Assembly (NCBI GenBank): GCA_964407495.1
Contig: CAYOVP010000003.1
Location: 1,484-65,483 of the forward strand
Reading direction: 5' to 3'
DNA: 64,000 nucleotides
Origin: an uncultured Thermodesulfobacteriota bacterium
Lineage (GTDB): Bacteria; Desulfobacterota; GWC2-55-46; JADFVP01
Made by a program: the position numbers and the translations under genes
Notes under the pieces: model-generated
Database searches by the model: none
Seen by the model: only the letters and a program-made list of their open reading frames with translations
What the model was told of the DNA's origin: nothing
Part shown: positions 27,529-37,510 of the stretch, in pieces
Position numbering within the stretch: the stretch's first letter is position 1
How the letters are laid out: every line of letters begins with the position of its first letter

Positions 27529-28080
27529 ATGGAAAGACCTGAACAGAAGCCAGGAGAAAAAAAGGGCGCTCTCTTGTCCTTTGCAAGGTATGATTCGCCC
27601 CTTGGTCCGGTCCGTATAGTGGCAGATGGAGGGGCCCTCGTTGCGGTCTCCTTTCTCCAGGGGTTCCATGCCCTGAAGGACCATCTCGCTTCAAGATTTG
27701 GCCGGCAGGTCATGCTCCGGGAGGACAGGGCCGAACTCGGCGCTGTCCTTGCCCTCTTTGAGAGGTACTTCAGGGGCGCGGACGTTGATTTTTCGTCCAT
27801 AAGGGTCAAGACCCGGGGCTCTGCCTTTGAGAGACGGGTCTGGCGGGCCCTCAGGGCCATACCCTATGGAGAGGTCCGCTCATACGCAGAGGTGGCCGCT
27901 GTAATCGGAAGCCCGCGCGCCTGTAGGGCCGTTGCAGGCGCCTGCGCCCGCAACAAACTCCCTATTATAATACCCTGCCACAGGGTCATCCGTTCTGACG
28001 GAGGAGTTGGGGAGTGGTCCGGAGGTGGAGGCGTGGAGATCAAGAAGGGACTCCTTGCAATAGAGGGCAAGGTCATATAA
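27529..28080 (+). CDS. ogt: Methylated-DNA--protein-cysteine methyltransferase
   Basis: IPYGEVRSY, RAVAGAC, IIPCHRV active site. Confidence 0.93.
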   Translation: MERPEQKPGEKKGALLSFARYDSPLGPVRIVADGGALVAVSFLQGFHALKDHLASRFGRQVMLREDRAELGAVLALFERYFRGADVDFSSIRVKTRGSAFERRVWRALRAIPYGEVRSYAEVAAVIGSPRACRAVAGACARNKLPIIIPCHRVIRSDGGVGEWSGGGGVEIKKGLLAIEGKVI

Positions 28081-28185
28081 GTGGGTGCAGGGAAAGTTGT
28101 AGGTGAGCAGGAGACCAGGGAGGGACGTGCCTCCAGGGGGTTACCTCTTATTCTCAGGTGCTCTCCGGCCCACATCGCAAGGGCC

Positions 28186-28671
28186 TCATGACGAGAAAAA
28201 CCCGTGTGCAAAGACAGCACCGCCAGTAACGGCCACGAAAGACAGGATCATCAGGAACCAGTGCATGCGGTTCATCCTCGAGAATACTGCGTCAATGTCC
28301 ATCTTCTCGCTGTTCTTCATCATCCGCTCCAGCATCTTGCGTATCAAGAGAGGTTCGAGACCAAAGAGCATTACGAACCATAAGACCCAGATTAGGCTCA
28401 TGATGAGGAGCGGCAGACCTGCCCTCTTGAGGTAGAGAGACTGCCATCCCATGAGGAGGACCATGATTATGCCCGAGGCGCCGGTGATGAGGTTGTATAC
28501 CCGCGCCGTGCGCGCGAAGCGGTGTTCTATCTTCCTGAAGAGCAGGACCTTGGCAAGAGGGTCTTGTGTCCTGATGATAATGGGAAAGATCATGGTGGTG
28601 ATAAAAGAAAGCCCTCCTATCCAGAGGATTACGGTGATCAGGTGAATGATGTGCATCGCATGGAAGAGCAT
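28186..28671 (-). CDS. Conserved 4-TM membrane protein (CopD/DUF4149-like)
   Basis: HLITVILWIGG motif, four hydrophobic helices, C-terminal GAVFAHG. Confidence 0.6.
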   Translation of the reverse strand: MLFHAMHIIHLITVILWIGGLSFITTMIFPIIIRTQDPLAKVLLFRKIEHRFARTARVYNLITGASGIIMVLLMGWQSLYLKRAGLPLLIMSLIWVLWFVMLFGLEPLLIRKMLERMMKNSEKMDIDAVFSRMNRMHWFLMILSFVAVTGGAVFAHGFFSS

Positions 28672-29162
28672 GCAGGTACCTCGCTGTCTGTTTTTCGTAT
28701 TGGTCTCAGGTCTTGTGGCCTTGCCTCCTCAGGGGGTGGCGCCATCCCCGTAACCAGCGCCGCCCATCCCTGATATCCCTGACTTTTACCATGATTGCAC
28801 GAGCCGGGTCAAGGTCGTCCAAGGGAAGAGCCCAGCCTTGCCGATGAGGAGAGGAGCCCGCCCGGCCCTCTTTCTTCTCTCTGATGTGTGTCCTGTTTTC
28901 CCCTGGGCCATGTCTCCAGGGGCTTCACCCTCCTCATATCTCAGCCCACTACGTTCCAATCTTCGGTGCAATGCCTGCCGCCTTCCACCCCCACCCCACC
29001 TCAAGACCAATACAACCCCGCTCTGACCAGAGGACGCAAGTATCGAGGTCAATCTTCCCATTCTCTGAGGCCCCAGGGACCAAGAATCTCATATCTTCAG
29101 TCCCGTTCCAGGTACGCACTCACCTCTCAACAACCTTTTTTCGTCTCTGTGCAAAAAAAAAC

Positions 29163-29220
29163 TTGACAAGATTAGAATAATTATTATAATAAAATTAATC
29201 AAAGATAAGAATAGTTCTAA
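29163..29220 (+). promoter_or_regulatory. sigma70 promoter overlapped by two PerR/Fur-like 7-1-7 boxes
   Basis: TTGACA (29163) -16- TATAAT (29185); TTAGAAT-A-ATTATTA (29172-29186) and TAAGAAT-A-GTTCTAA (29206-29220). Confidence 0.65.
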
Positions 29221-29534
29221 TCATAATTTTCTCTGAGAGACGCCTAGTGAAAAATGAGTAGATAGTGCGGGGGGAGGCAGGTATGGGGGGCTGAATGGGG
29301 GGCTGATGAGGGGATGGCAGGAAACAAAGGAGGCCTGAAAAAGAAGAGACTACTGGATGCGGGACAGGGTGCAACAAGTAATTTAAGACAATGGGATGCG
29401 CAAGACGGGGCTACGCGAAAGCAGGATGCACGGAGGGCATGGAAGTGATAATGAAAAAAAAAGGGCTTTTATCTTGGCAAAGTGAGTCAGCGTACATATA
29501 AATAGAGGTAAGCAGCCTCTAAGAGGGTTTAGAC

Positions 29535-29942
29535 ATGGAGAGCATAATAGAGAAGTACAGGGCAAAGGGGTTCAAACTTACACCCCAGAGGCTGGCAATA
29601 CTACGCTACCTCGATGGCAACAAGGACCACCCCACAGCCGAGGATATATACAGAGACCTAAAGAAGACGAATCCCACGCTCTCCTTTGCCACTGTCTACA
29701 ATACGGTGCAGGCCCTCGTGCAGAGGGGCGAACTGGTGGAGATAACCATTGACCCCAGGAAACGCCACTTCGACCCCAATGCCAGACCGCACCATCACAT
29801 ACGCTGTACCGCCTGCGGTCGAATAGAAGACGTGATGGTGGACTATGCCCCATACCTGGACCTGCCCGAGGAAGTAGAGAAGGAGTTCACAGTAACAGGC
29901 AACCACGTTGATTTTTACGGGATTTGCAATAACTGCAGATAA
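29535..29942 (+). CDS. perR: Fur-family regulator, PerR-like
   Basis: [33 protein letters not shown]; upstream of ahpC. Confidence 0.8.
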   Translation: MESIIEKYRAKGFKLTPQRLAILRYLDGNKDHPTAEDIYRDLKKTNPTLSFATVYNTVQALVQRGELVEITIDPRKRHFDPNARPHHHIRCTACGRIEDVMVDYAPYLDLPEEVEKEFTVTGNHVDFYGICNNCR

Positions 29943-29980
29943 GAAGAGCAAAAAAAACAAGACCAGGAGGAAAGAAAAAG

Positions 29981-30574
29981 ATGTGTGAGGCCTATATCCA
30001 GAAACCAGCACCAGATTTTACGGCACAGGCAGTATACGAGGATGGCTCCATAAAGGAACTCTCGCTCTCGAACTTCAAGGGCAAGTACGTAGTCCTCTTC
30101 TTCTACCCGCTGGACTTCACCTTTGTCTGCCCTACAGAGATCATTGCCCTCAGTGACAGGATAGAGGAGTTCAGGTCAAGAGATGCTCAGGTAATAGGCG
30201 TATCCGTGGACAGTCAGTTCTCACACGCAAGGTGGAGAAAGACGGATAGGAAAGAGGGCGGCATAGGGGAGATAGATTATCCCCTCGTATCTGACCTCAC
30301 GAAGGAGATCAGCAGGAAGTACGGCGTGCTTCTCGAAGAGGCGGGCGTTGCGCTACGCGGCGTCTTCATCATCGACAAGGCCGGTAAACTCAGGAGTTAC
30401 ACAGTGAACGATCTGCCCATTGGCAGGAACATCGACGAGATACTCCGCGTAATAGATGCCATAGATTTTTCCGAGAAGCACGGCGAGGTCTGCCCTGCAA
30501 ACTGGAAGAAGGGCGAGGACTCCATGAAGCCCACCCAGGAGGGACTCGAGGAGTATGCCAAGGCGCATCTCTGA
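29981..30574 (+). CDS. ahpC: 2-Cys peroxiredoxin (AhpC/TSA)
   Basis: [25 protein letters not shown]. Confidence 0.93.
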   Translation: MCEAYIQKPAPDFTAQAVYEDGSIKELSLSNFKGKYVVLFFYPLDFTFVCPTEIIALSDRIEEFRSRDAQVIGVSVDSQFSHARWRKTDRKEGGIGEIDYPLVSDLTKEISRKYGVLLEEAGVALRGVFIIDKAGKLRSYTVNDLPIGRNIDEILRVIDAIDFSEKHGEVCPANWKKGEDSMKPTQEGLEEYAKAHL

Positions 30575-30650
30575 GGCCTTGTGTGCAGGGAAGCATGGCA
30601 ATGGAATAAGACAAGACAGAGACTGAGATTGCAAAGGAGGTGGCTGAGAC

Positions 30651-30755
30651 ATGGCCCAGTGGAAGTGCAGTAAGTGTGGTTACACGAAAGAATCGAGATG
30701 CAAACCAAGAAAGTGCCCGGAGTGCGAGGCCAAGGAGTTCGAGAAGGCCGAGTGA
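30651..30755 (+). CDS. RCKP-type rubredoxin-like miniprotein (34 aa)
   Basis: Not in the ORF track. AAAGGAGG RBS; MAQWKCSKCGYTKESRCKPRKCPECEAKEFEKAE; CxxC, RCKP, CxxC. Confidence 0.85.
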   Translation: MAQWKCSKCGYTKESRCKPRKCPECEAKEFEKAE

Positions 30756-30809
30756 TGAAGATGAATTAGACGTCTACAGGGCAGACAGACAAGAAAGGGG
30801 GGGTGAGAG

Positions 30810-31805
30810 ATGATAGGTCGCGAAGCAGTAAAGAGGGTTGTCAAGGAACACGAGAAGGTGAAACCTGCCTACAGCCTCTTGCCCCGTCATGAAGAGATGG
30901 CTGATGCCGGCCCCGACAGACCCCTCAAGAGGCCTCAGGCCCGACGTGGCCGTAGGCTCAAGACAGGGGCTTCGCATGGCAAGAACGCCATAACGACATA
31001 CTTCGAGAGCATCAAGGGCATAGGCCTCCTTACGGCAGACGAGGAAAAGGCCCTGGCTGAGAGGATCGCCCGTGGTGACGAGGAAGCCAGGCGCAGGATG
31101 ATAGAGGCCAACCTCAGGCTCGTAATCAACATTGCCAAGCGGTACACCGGAAGGGGCCTGCCCCTACAGGACCTCATCGAAGAGGGCAACATCGGCCTCA
31201 TCAAGGCTGTGGAGCGTTTCCGGTCTGTAAAGGGTTGCAGGTTCTCCACATACGCCACCTACTGGATCAGGCAGTCCGTGGACAGGGCAATAGCAAACCA
31301 GGCCAATACGGTCCGCCTGCCCATACACGTTACCAACGACCTTGCAAAGATAACGAGGGCGAGACGGAGCCTCAGGGCAAAGTTCAGGAGAGAGCCCCTT
31401 ATCTCCGAGGTAACGGGAAAGACGGGCCTCAAGGAGAGGTATGTAAAGAAACTCGATGCAATCGTCAAGAAGACCTGTTCACTCGAGTCAACACTGCCCG
31501 GTGAGTTCGAGCAACCCCTCCTCGAGAGGATCGAGGACACCACCTCGCCTACACCCATGGAGGTAATAGACAACGAGAAGAGGGTCAGGAAGGTCCGCGA
31601 GTGGCTCTCACTCCTCGAAAAGAACGAGGCCGAGATAATAAAACTCCGCTTCGGCATAGACGGCACAGAGGTGGAGACGCTGGAGAAGATAGGCCTCAGG
31701 ATGGGCGTTACGAGAGAACGGGTCAGGCAGATAGAGGTAAAGGCCCTTGGCAAACTCAAGAAGATAATACATGACCACGAGATGACCTTCAGCGACGTGG
31801 TCTGA
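30810..31805 (+). CDS. rpoS: RNA polymerase sigma-70 group 2 factor (RpoS-like)
   Basis: Regions 1.2, 2 ([28 protein letters not shown]), 3 and 4 (TRERVRQIE); no region 1.1. Confidence 0.75.
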   Translation: MIGREAVKRVVKEHEKVKPAYSLLPRHEEMADAGPDRPLKRPQARRGRRLKTGASHGKNAITTYFESIKGIGLLTADEEKALAERIARGDEEARRRMIEANLRLVINIAKRYTGRGLPLQDLIEEGNIGLIKAVERFRSVKGCRFSTYATYWIRQSVDRAIANQANTVRLPIHVTNDLAKITRARRSLRAKFRREPLISEVTGKTGLKERYVKKLDAIVKKTCSLESTLPGEFEQPLLERIEDTTSPTPMEVIDNEKRVRKVREWLSLLEKNEAEIIKLRFGIDGTEVETLEKIGLRMGVTRERVRQIEVKALGKLKKIIHDHEMTFSDVV

Positions 31806-31893
31806 TGCCGGCCCCTGGCTGGCCCCAGGGGCAGGCAAGACTTTCGTTCTGCATATCACCAAACCGCAACAAGAGTAATCCCTTTCCTACCAA

Positions 31894-31926
31894 GAAGCCC
31901 CCCTCCCCAAAGGGGAGGGGGGCTTC
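31894..31926 (+). terminator. Perfect 15-bp hairpin after the sigma factor gene
   Basis: GAAGCCCCCCTCCCC-AAA-GGGGAGGGGGGCTTC; weak U-tract. Confidence 0.55.
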
Positions 31927-32112
31927 TCCTCTTGTTGGCCCTTGCACCGGCCCGGCCTCTTTTGACGTATTTTTTTCTACGCCTGCCCCTTGGCGGCTTT
32001 TCTGCCATCTGCAAGTACGCCCCTTTCAGAGGCCCTTCCTTTCTGGTATAATCCAGTCCATGACAGAACGCTATGACCTCATGAAGGGAGAACCCCGGGC
32101 CCGGCAAGTCCG

Positions 32113-32877
32113 GTGAGAGAACATATGGAAGATCAGGCAGGGCATACCAATGGGCCCCTTCTCGAAAATGTCTCCATAGTGCTCGTAGAGCCGCAGGGGC
32201 CGGCCAACATAGGGGCCACTGCAAGGGCCATGCGCAACAACGGCCTCAGAAGTCTCGTCCTCGTAAACCCCTGTGAGTACATGAACGATGAGTGCCTTGG
32301 CAGGGCCTGCAATGCCGGAGACCTAATCCTCTCTGCAAGGGTCTGCAATAGCCTTGAAGAGGCGCTCTGCGATTCCGGTTTTGTAATAGCCACAACACGG
32401 CGGACAGGGAAACAGCGCGAGCCCATGCTGGACCTCGGCGAGGGGGTAAGGCTCATCCTGGAAATGAGCCGAGCCAACGATATCGCCGTACTCTTCGGAA
32501 GAGAGGACAGGGGCCTTGTAAACTCCGAACTCGCCCTTGCCGATGCACTCATGGAACTGCCTGCCCATGAGGACTATCCTTCGTTGAACCTCTCCCATGC
32601 CGTCTTTCTCCTCGCCCATTATCTCTTCATGGAGTCCCGGGAGGCTGGGACCGGGCGGGCAGTCAGGGCCGCCCCGCGACTGGAGCGGGAGAGGATGTAC
32701 GAGCACATGGAAAGAACGCTCCAGGCCCTCGATTATGGCGACGAGGGCAGGGAGTTTCTTCTCCGGGCCATAATGGCCAACTTCAGAAGGCTCTTCGGCA
32801 GGACCTCGCTCATGGACAAAGAGGTCAATATGATACGCGGTATCTGCACCCAGATACTTGCGAGGTTGGGGCGCTGA
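32113..32877 (+). CDS. trmJ: tRNA/rRNA 2'-O-methyltransferase, TrmJ/LasT family
   Basis: VLVEPQGPANIGATARAMRN, VLFGREDRGL, SLNLSHAV. Confidence 0.85.
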   Translation: MREHMEDQAGHTNGPLLENVSIVLVEPQGPANIGATARAMRNNGLRSLVLVNPCEYMNDECLGRACNAGDLILSARVCNSLEEALCDSGFVIATTRRTGKQREPMLDLGEGVRLILEMSRANDIAVLFGREDRGLVNSELALADALMELPAHEDYPSLNLSHAVFLLAHYLFMESREAGTGRAVRAAPRLERERMYEHMERTLQALDYGDEGREFLLRAIMANFRRLFGRTSLMDKEVNMIRGICTQILARLGR

Positions 32878-32955
32878 GGTGCAACATGGAAGAGACACGG
32901 TGGATGAGGAGGCAGTGGAAATGAAGATGTACCAAGCCTGCAGGCAAGCAAGGCG

Positions 32956-33348
32956 ATGAGATCTCCTGAAGGACCTCGGGCCGTTATAATCATAGGACAC
33001 GGGAGCAGGCAGGACGAGGCCAATGAGACTGTCAGGGAGACGGCCCGTGCTCTTTCGAGGCTGGGAGGCTTCGGCCCCGTGGTGCCGGCCTTTCTAAAGT
33101 TCGGCGAACCCGATTTTCGCTCTGCCCTCGAGGGCCTCATAGTGAAGGGCTTTTACGAGATCATGGTGATGCCCTACTTCCTCTATCCAGGGGCGCACGT
33201 CAGGGAAGACATACCTCAAGAGATATGCCGTGTACAGAAAAAGCATCCTCACGTCAGGATCCGCCTATGCAGGACCCTTGGTTTTGACGAGAAGATTATC
33301 GAGGTAGTTGCAGATAGGCTCGAAGAGGCCATGGCCGCGGAGGGATGA
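32956..33348 (+). CDS. cbiX: Short sirohydrochlorin chelatase (CbiX/SirB, single domain)
   Basis: IIGHGSR, AFLKFGEP, PYFLYPGAHVREDIP. Confidence 0.85.
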   Translation: MRSPEGPRAVIIIGHGSRQDEANETVRETARALSRLGGFGPVVPAFLKFGEPDFRSALEGLIVKGFYEIMVMPYFLYPGAHVREDIPQEICRVQKKHPHVRIRLCRTLGFDEKIIEVVADRLEEAMAAEG

Positions 33349-33455
33349 CAGAGAGCCCTGGTGCCTGGAAGATATGACAGGACTTGCTGGCCTTGAGCAC
33401 GGACTTATGAGGCTAAAGCGCGTTACAAGGATAGTGGTGAAAAGGAGAAGGTAAG

Positions 33456-34448
33456 ATGCACATCCCTGATGGCTACCTCGGGCCGGCTACATGTGCTGTC
33501 TTCTATGGCGTCGTGGCCCCCCTCTGGTACAGGGGAGCACGGCGGCTTGAGGGTAGCCAGAGCGCCAGGGAACTTCCAAGGATCTCCCTTGCCTCGGCCT
33601 TTGTCTTCGTCCTCATGATGTTCAACTTTCCCCTGCCTGGCGGCACTTCGGGACACCTCGTGGGGGCCGCCATACTCTCAGTGACCCTTGGCCCCTGGGC
33701 CGCCTTCATGGCGCTGAGCCTGGCCCTCTTCATACAGGCCGTTGTCTTTGGAGACGGCGGCATCACGGCCCTTGGGGCAAATGCCTTCAACATGGCCTTT
33801 CTCATGAGTTTCTCAAGTTACGGCATATACAGGATCCTTGCGCCTCGGGGACGTGGCAGTGCCTTCAGGTATGCCCTGGCTTCTGCGCTCGCCGGCTATG
33901 TCTCAGTCTGCCTTGCCGCCCTTGCCCTTGCCCTGGAACTCGGCATCCAGCCGCTCGTGGCAGCGGACGCTGCCGGCAACCCCCTCTACGCCCCCTATCC
34001 CCTCGGCATCACCATGCCCGCTGTCCTGATCCCCCACTTACTATTCTTCGGTCCTGTAGAGGCCCTGGGAACGGCCCTTGTGCTCGCCTCTCTCCGTGCC
34101 AGGGGGGAGACAAGTGCAGTGAAGGGCCACCGTGGCAGCAGGCCCCTATGGTGGGGGCTCTCTGCCCTCGTGCTCGTAACCCCGGCGGGCCTTGCGGCCT
34201 CTGGCGCGCCATGGGGCGAGTGGGGCCCCCATGCCTTCAGGGAGATCTTCGGTTTTCTGCCCAGGGGCATGGAGAGGCTCGGGGGTATCTGGAGGGGAGT
34301 TCTACCTTCATACGGCGCAGGGGGCCTTGGCGCAGGGTCGGGCAGGCTTGGCTCAGCCCTTCTCTACATGGCATCTGCGGCCATTGGGAGCATTCTCATC
34401 GTCTTACTTGTCTATGTCTGGGGGAGGTTGTGGCAGAGAGACCCTTAG
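33456..34448 (+). CDS. cbiM: ECF cobalt/nickel transporter S component CbiM fused to a CbiN/PDGLE-like domain
   Basis: MHIPDGYL N-terminus, GTSGHLVG, GDGGITALGAN; C-terminal WGEWG-containing domain. Confidence 0.88.
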   Translation: MHIPDGYLGPATCAVFYGVVAPLWYRGARRLEGSQSARELPRISLASAFVFVLMMFNFPLPGGTSGHLVGAAILSVTLGPWAAFMALSLALFIQAVVFGDGGITALGANAFNMAFLMSFSSYGIYRILAPRGRGSAFRYALASALAGYVSVCLAALALALELGIQPLVAADAAGNPLYAPYPLGITMPAVLIPHLLFFGPVEALGTALVLASLRARGETSAVKGHRGSRPLWWGLSALVLVTPAGLAASGAPWGEWGPHAFREIFGFLPRGMERLGGIWRGVLPSYGAGGLGAGSGRLGSALLYMASAAIGSILIVLLVYVWGRLWQRDP

Positions 34449-35311
34449 TGCCTCCATGGATGAATAGCGAGCAGACGCCAGAGCCGCGCGGTCCAAGGCG
34501 CCTGGCCTTTCTCGATAAGATTGCTGGGAGGCTCCAGGGTGTAAAGGAGTGGTTCTCTGATAACGGGGCCGGGAGGGGCATCCTCCGTCGTCTGGACCCT
34601 GCGGCCCGCATGGGGGGCGCGCTACTCCTGCTCATTGGCGCGGCCCTTGCCAAAGGGCCTCTCGGCCTCGGCGTTGTGGCGCTTTCCCTTGCCCTTGGGC
34701 TGGCGGTCTCTGGGCGGGCGCTCCGACCACTAATAAGGAGAACTCTCCCCCTATTTTTCTTTACAGGGGTGGTGACCATACCGGTCTTTTTCGGGCTCTC
34801 TACACCTGATGGCCACCTCGCAGGGCAGGGCGGTGGCTGGATTGGGGCGCACCTCGGGCTGAGTTACGAAGGACTTGCACGGGGCGGCTTCTTCCTCGCC
34901 AGGTCTACGCTCATGGCCGCGGTGGTCGTTTTTACAGGACTGCTGACCACACGATCGGAATTTGTTCGCGGGCTTGGCAAGTTTCCCCTGCCAGGGCTCT
35001 TGGTCACCCTGGTCTTCATTACTATTGCCAACATCTGGCGTCTTCTTCGTGTACTCGAAGAAGTGGTTCTGGCGAGGAAATCGCGTATCATAATTGGTGC
35101 CAGTTTTTCCGAGCGCGAAGGTTGGTTTGCATCTAAGGCACGTTTCCTCATGGACAGGGCCATGAGTACATCGGAGGAGGTGGCCATGGCCATGGCCTCG
35201 AGGGGATTTGACGGCAGGATGAGGACCTTGAGGACAGGGTTCCTGGGGGCCTGGGATTTTCTCTTTATAGGGCTCTGCGCCTTTGTCCTCCTTTTGGCGG
35301 CATTACTCTGA
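34430..35311 (+). CDS. cbiQ: ECF transporter T component
   Basis: LDPAAR, multiple TM segments, LARKSR, AMASRGFDG; start uncertain (34430 GTG or 34460 ATG). Confidence 0.82.
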   Translation: MAERPLVPPWMNSEQTPEPRGPRRLAFLDKIAGRLQGVKEWFSDNGAGRGILRRLDPAARMGGALLLLIGAALAKGPLGLGVVALSLALGLAVSGRALRPLIRRTLPLFFFTGVVTIPVFFGLSTPDGHLAGQGGGWIGAHLGLSYEGLARGGFFLARSTLMAAVVVFTGLLTTRSEFVRGLGKFPLPGLLVTLVFITIANIWRLLRVLEEVVLARKSRIIIGASFSEREGWFASKARFLMDRAMSTSEEVAMAMASRGFDGRMRTLRTGFLGAWDFLFIGLCAFVLLLAALL

Positions 35312-35342
35312 ATTGTACTGTTTTTTCAAGTAAAGGGCGATC

Positions 35343-36152
35343 ATGACCGAAGAAGTCTATGGGGTGAGGGGGGTATCTTTCAGTTACGGCGAGGTCTGCG
35401 CCCTGAGACAGGTCTCCTTTGCCATGAGAAGGGGCGAGTCTCTCGCTGTACTCGGTGCAAGCGGGGCCGGAAAGACCACGCTCCTCAGGGTCCTTAACGG
35501 CCTTCTCGAGCCCCAGTGCGGTGAGGTGGGATTCATGGGCCGCCCTCTCCAGGGGCACTGGCTCGGAGGCCCGGAGGAGGCGCGTTTTCGCGCCATGGTG
35601 GGCCTCGTCTTCCCAGAGCCCGACGTCCAACTCTTCTGCGCCACTGTCTCTGACGAGGTGGCCTTCGGGCCCCTTCAACTCGGCCTTGCCCGCGACGAAG
35701 TCAAGACGAGGGTAGACGATACCCTGGAGTTGGTGGGTATCAGCGGGCTCAGGGAGAGGCCGCCGCAGAGGCTTAGTAGCGGCGAGAAGAAGAAGGTACA
35801 GATAGCCTCCATACTCTCGGCAAACCCCTCTGTACTGCTCCTCGACGAACCCACCTTTGGTCTCGACCCCAGGACACAGGTCTGGCTCCTCGAACTCCTC
35901 ATGAGGCTCAAGGACATGGGAAAGACCTTTGTCCTGGCAACCCATGACCTCAGCCTCGTAGAGGACTTTGCCGAGAGGGTGATAGTCCTTGGAGAGGACC
36001 ACAGCCTTGTAGCCGAGGGGAGGGCGGTGGAGATACTGAGGGACAGGGAACTGCTCCTCAGGGTAAATCTCATCCACGAACACGCACATAGGCACGGTAC
36101 AGTTGTTCATAAACACAGCCATGGACCTTATGCACCTCATGATGAACACTGA
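35343..36152 (+). CDS. cbiO: ECF transporter ATPase with His-rich tail
   Basis: GASGAGKT, LSSGEKK, LLDEPT; C-terminal HEHAHRHGTVVHKHSHGPYAPHDEH. Confidence 0.88.
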   Translation: MTEEVYGVRGVSFSYGEVCALRQVSFAMRRGESLAVLGASGAGKTTLLRVLNGLLEPQCGEVGFMGRPLQGHWLGGPEEARFRAMVGLVFPEPDVQLFCATVSDEVAFGPLQLGLARDEVKTRVDDTLELVGISGLRERPPQRLSSGEKKKVQIASILSANPSVLLLDEPTFGLDPRTQVWLLELLMRLKDMGKTFVLATHDLSLVEDFAERVIVLGEDHSLVAEGRAVEILRDRELLLRVNLIHEHAHRHGTVVHKHSHGPYAPHDEH

Positions 36153-36180
36153 AATTCCCATTTTTTTCAGGAGGTGTCTT

Positions 36181-37479
36181 ATGAGGAAGGGTAATGGCAG
36201 TCTGGTCTCGGCCTTGTTCGCCTTTTTTGTCTTCTCCATTTTTTTCACTCCAGGCATTGTAGAGGCACAGGATAAGGACAGGATCAAGGACCTGGAGAAG
36301 CGTATAGAAAGGCTCGAGAGAAAAGACGGTGATACCAGTGTGAGTTCCGAGCGGTCACACCGCCTGCACCCCGTGCACAGCGAGTTTGGTCTCGAGATAA
36401 CGGGCGGCATTACCCTTACCCTACAGGGCGTTGCCAATGTACAGGGTCAGAAACGCACCGAGGCCGCCATCTCCGGAGACCTCGCAGTAGAGGGCCCCAT
36501 CGGCGCGAACGGTCTGGCCGTCATTGTACTCGACCTCCAGCAGGGCCTTGGCGTGGAGGGCCTTGGGCTCCTTGCCGCACCAAACGGCAACCCCACAGGG
36601 CCGAACGCGGACGTGGAGTCCTTCAATGACATGAGGATAAACGTTACTCAACTCTACTATGAACACCACTTTCTCGATGGCGGCCTTACTGTCTCAGTGG
36701 GGCAACTCGATATAACGGGTTACCTCGACGCCAACGAGTTCGCCAATGACGAGACAGGCGCCTTTCTGGCCAATGTCTTCGTAAACAACCCTTCTATTGA
36801 GTTCGGGGGCTCGGATAACTTCTACTCTCCGGGCCTGGCCCTGGTATTCTCTCCTGCAGGGAAGATGGACCTTGCCATCGGCGCCTTTGATGGCGACGGC
36901 GATTATGCCAGGCCCTTTGACGCCCCCTTTTTAATGGCAGAGGCGGACTTCAGGCCGAGATTCCTTGGCAAAGAGGGTACATACAGGGTATATTACTGGC
37001 GGCGGTCTTCGAGGCCCGCGGCCAACCTGGAGTTTCTCGCCGACCCCACCAAGACCGCCCTCGTAAAGGCCTTCAACCAGGGTGTGGGGCTGAGTTTTGA
37101 TCAGTATATAGGCCACAACCTCGGGCTCTGGCTCCGTGGGGGTACGCAACGCGAGACAGTCTCGCAGATGAAGGCATTTCTCGGCACCGGCCTCCATGCC
37201 AGCGCCGCTCTCATAGGGCGTGAGCACGACTCCATGGGCCTGGGCTATGGTGTAAACTTCCTGGGCAGGGATTACAGGGAGTACCGGCAGGGTAGTACAA
37301 GAGGCTTTGACCCGGGGAATGAGCATTACATAGAGGTCTACTACGACGTCTTTCTCAGCGGACTGGGGGGCATGGGGTTGCACCTCGCCCCTGACTTTCA
37401 GTATATAATCAACCGTGGCGGCAATAGACGAACAACGGACGCCTTTTTGTACGGCCTTAGGATACAGGCCGATTTTTAG
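36181..37479 (+). CDS. OprB-family (carbohydrate-selective-type) outer-membrane porin with N-terminal coiled coil
   Basis: Signal peptide, DRIKDLEKRIERLE, DANEFANDETGAFL, EVYY, PDFQYIIN, GLRIQADF terminus. Confidence 0.82.
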   Translation: MRKGNGSLVSALFAFFVFSIFFTPGIVEAQDKDRIKDLEKRIERLERKDGDTSVSSERSHRLHPVHSEFGLEITGGITLTLQGVANVQGQKRTEAAISGDLAVEGPIGANGLAVIVLDLQQGLGVEGLGLLAAPNGNPTGPNADVESFNDMRINVTQLYYEHHFLDGGLTVSVGQLDITGYLDANEFANDETGAFLANVFVNNPSIEFGGSDNFYSPGLALVFSPAGKMDLAIGAFDGDGDYARPFDAPFLMAEADFRPRFLGKEGTYRVYYWRRSSRPAANLEFLADPTKTALVKAFNQGVGLSFDQYIGHNLGLWLRGGTQRETVSQMKAFLGTGLHASAALIGREHDSMGLGYGVNFLGRDYREYRQGSTRGFDPGNEHYIEVYYDVFLSGLGGMGLHLAPDFQYIINRGGNRRTTDAFLYGLRIQADF

Positions 37480-37510
37480 CGCCAGGAGCGATTCGTGAGA
37501 CAGGTACAGC

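Noticed and set aside
29981-30755. Selenocysteine readthrough in the redox proteins
   Set aside because: All active-site positions are TGC/TGT; no in-frame TGA at catalytic sites
33349-33455. Possible NiCo or cobalamin riboswitch, or NikR site, before cbiM
   Set aside because: No conserved motif or convincing dyad found
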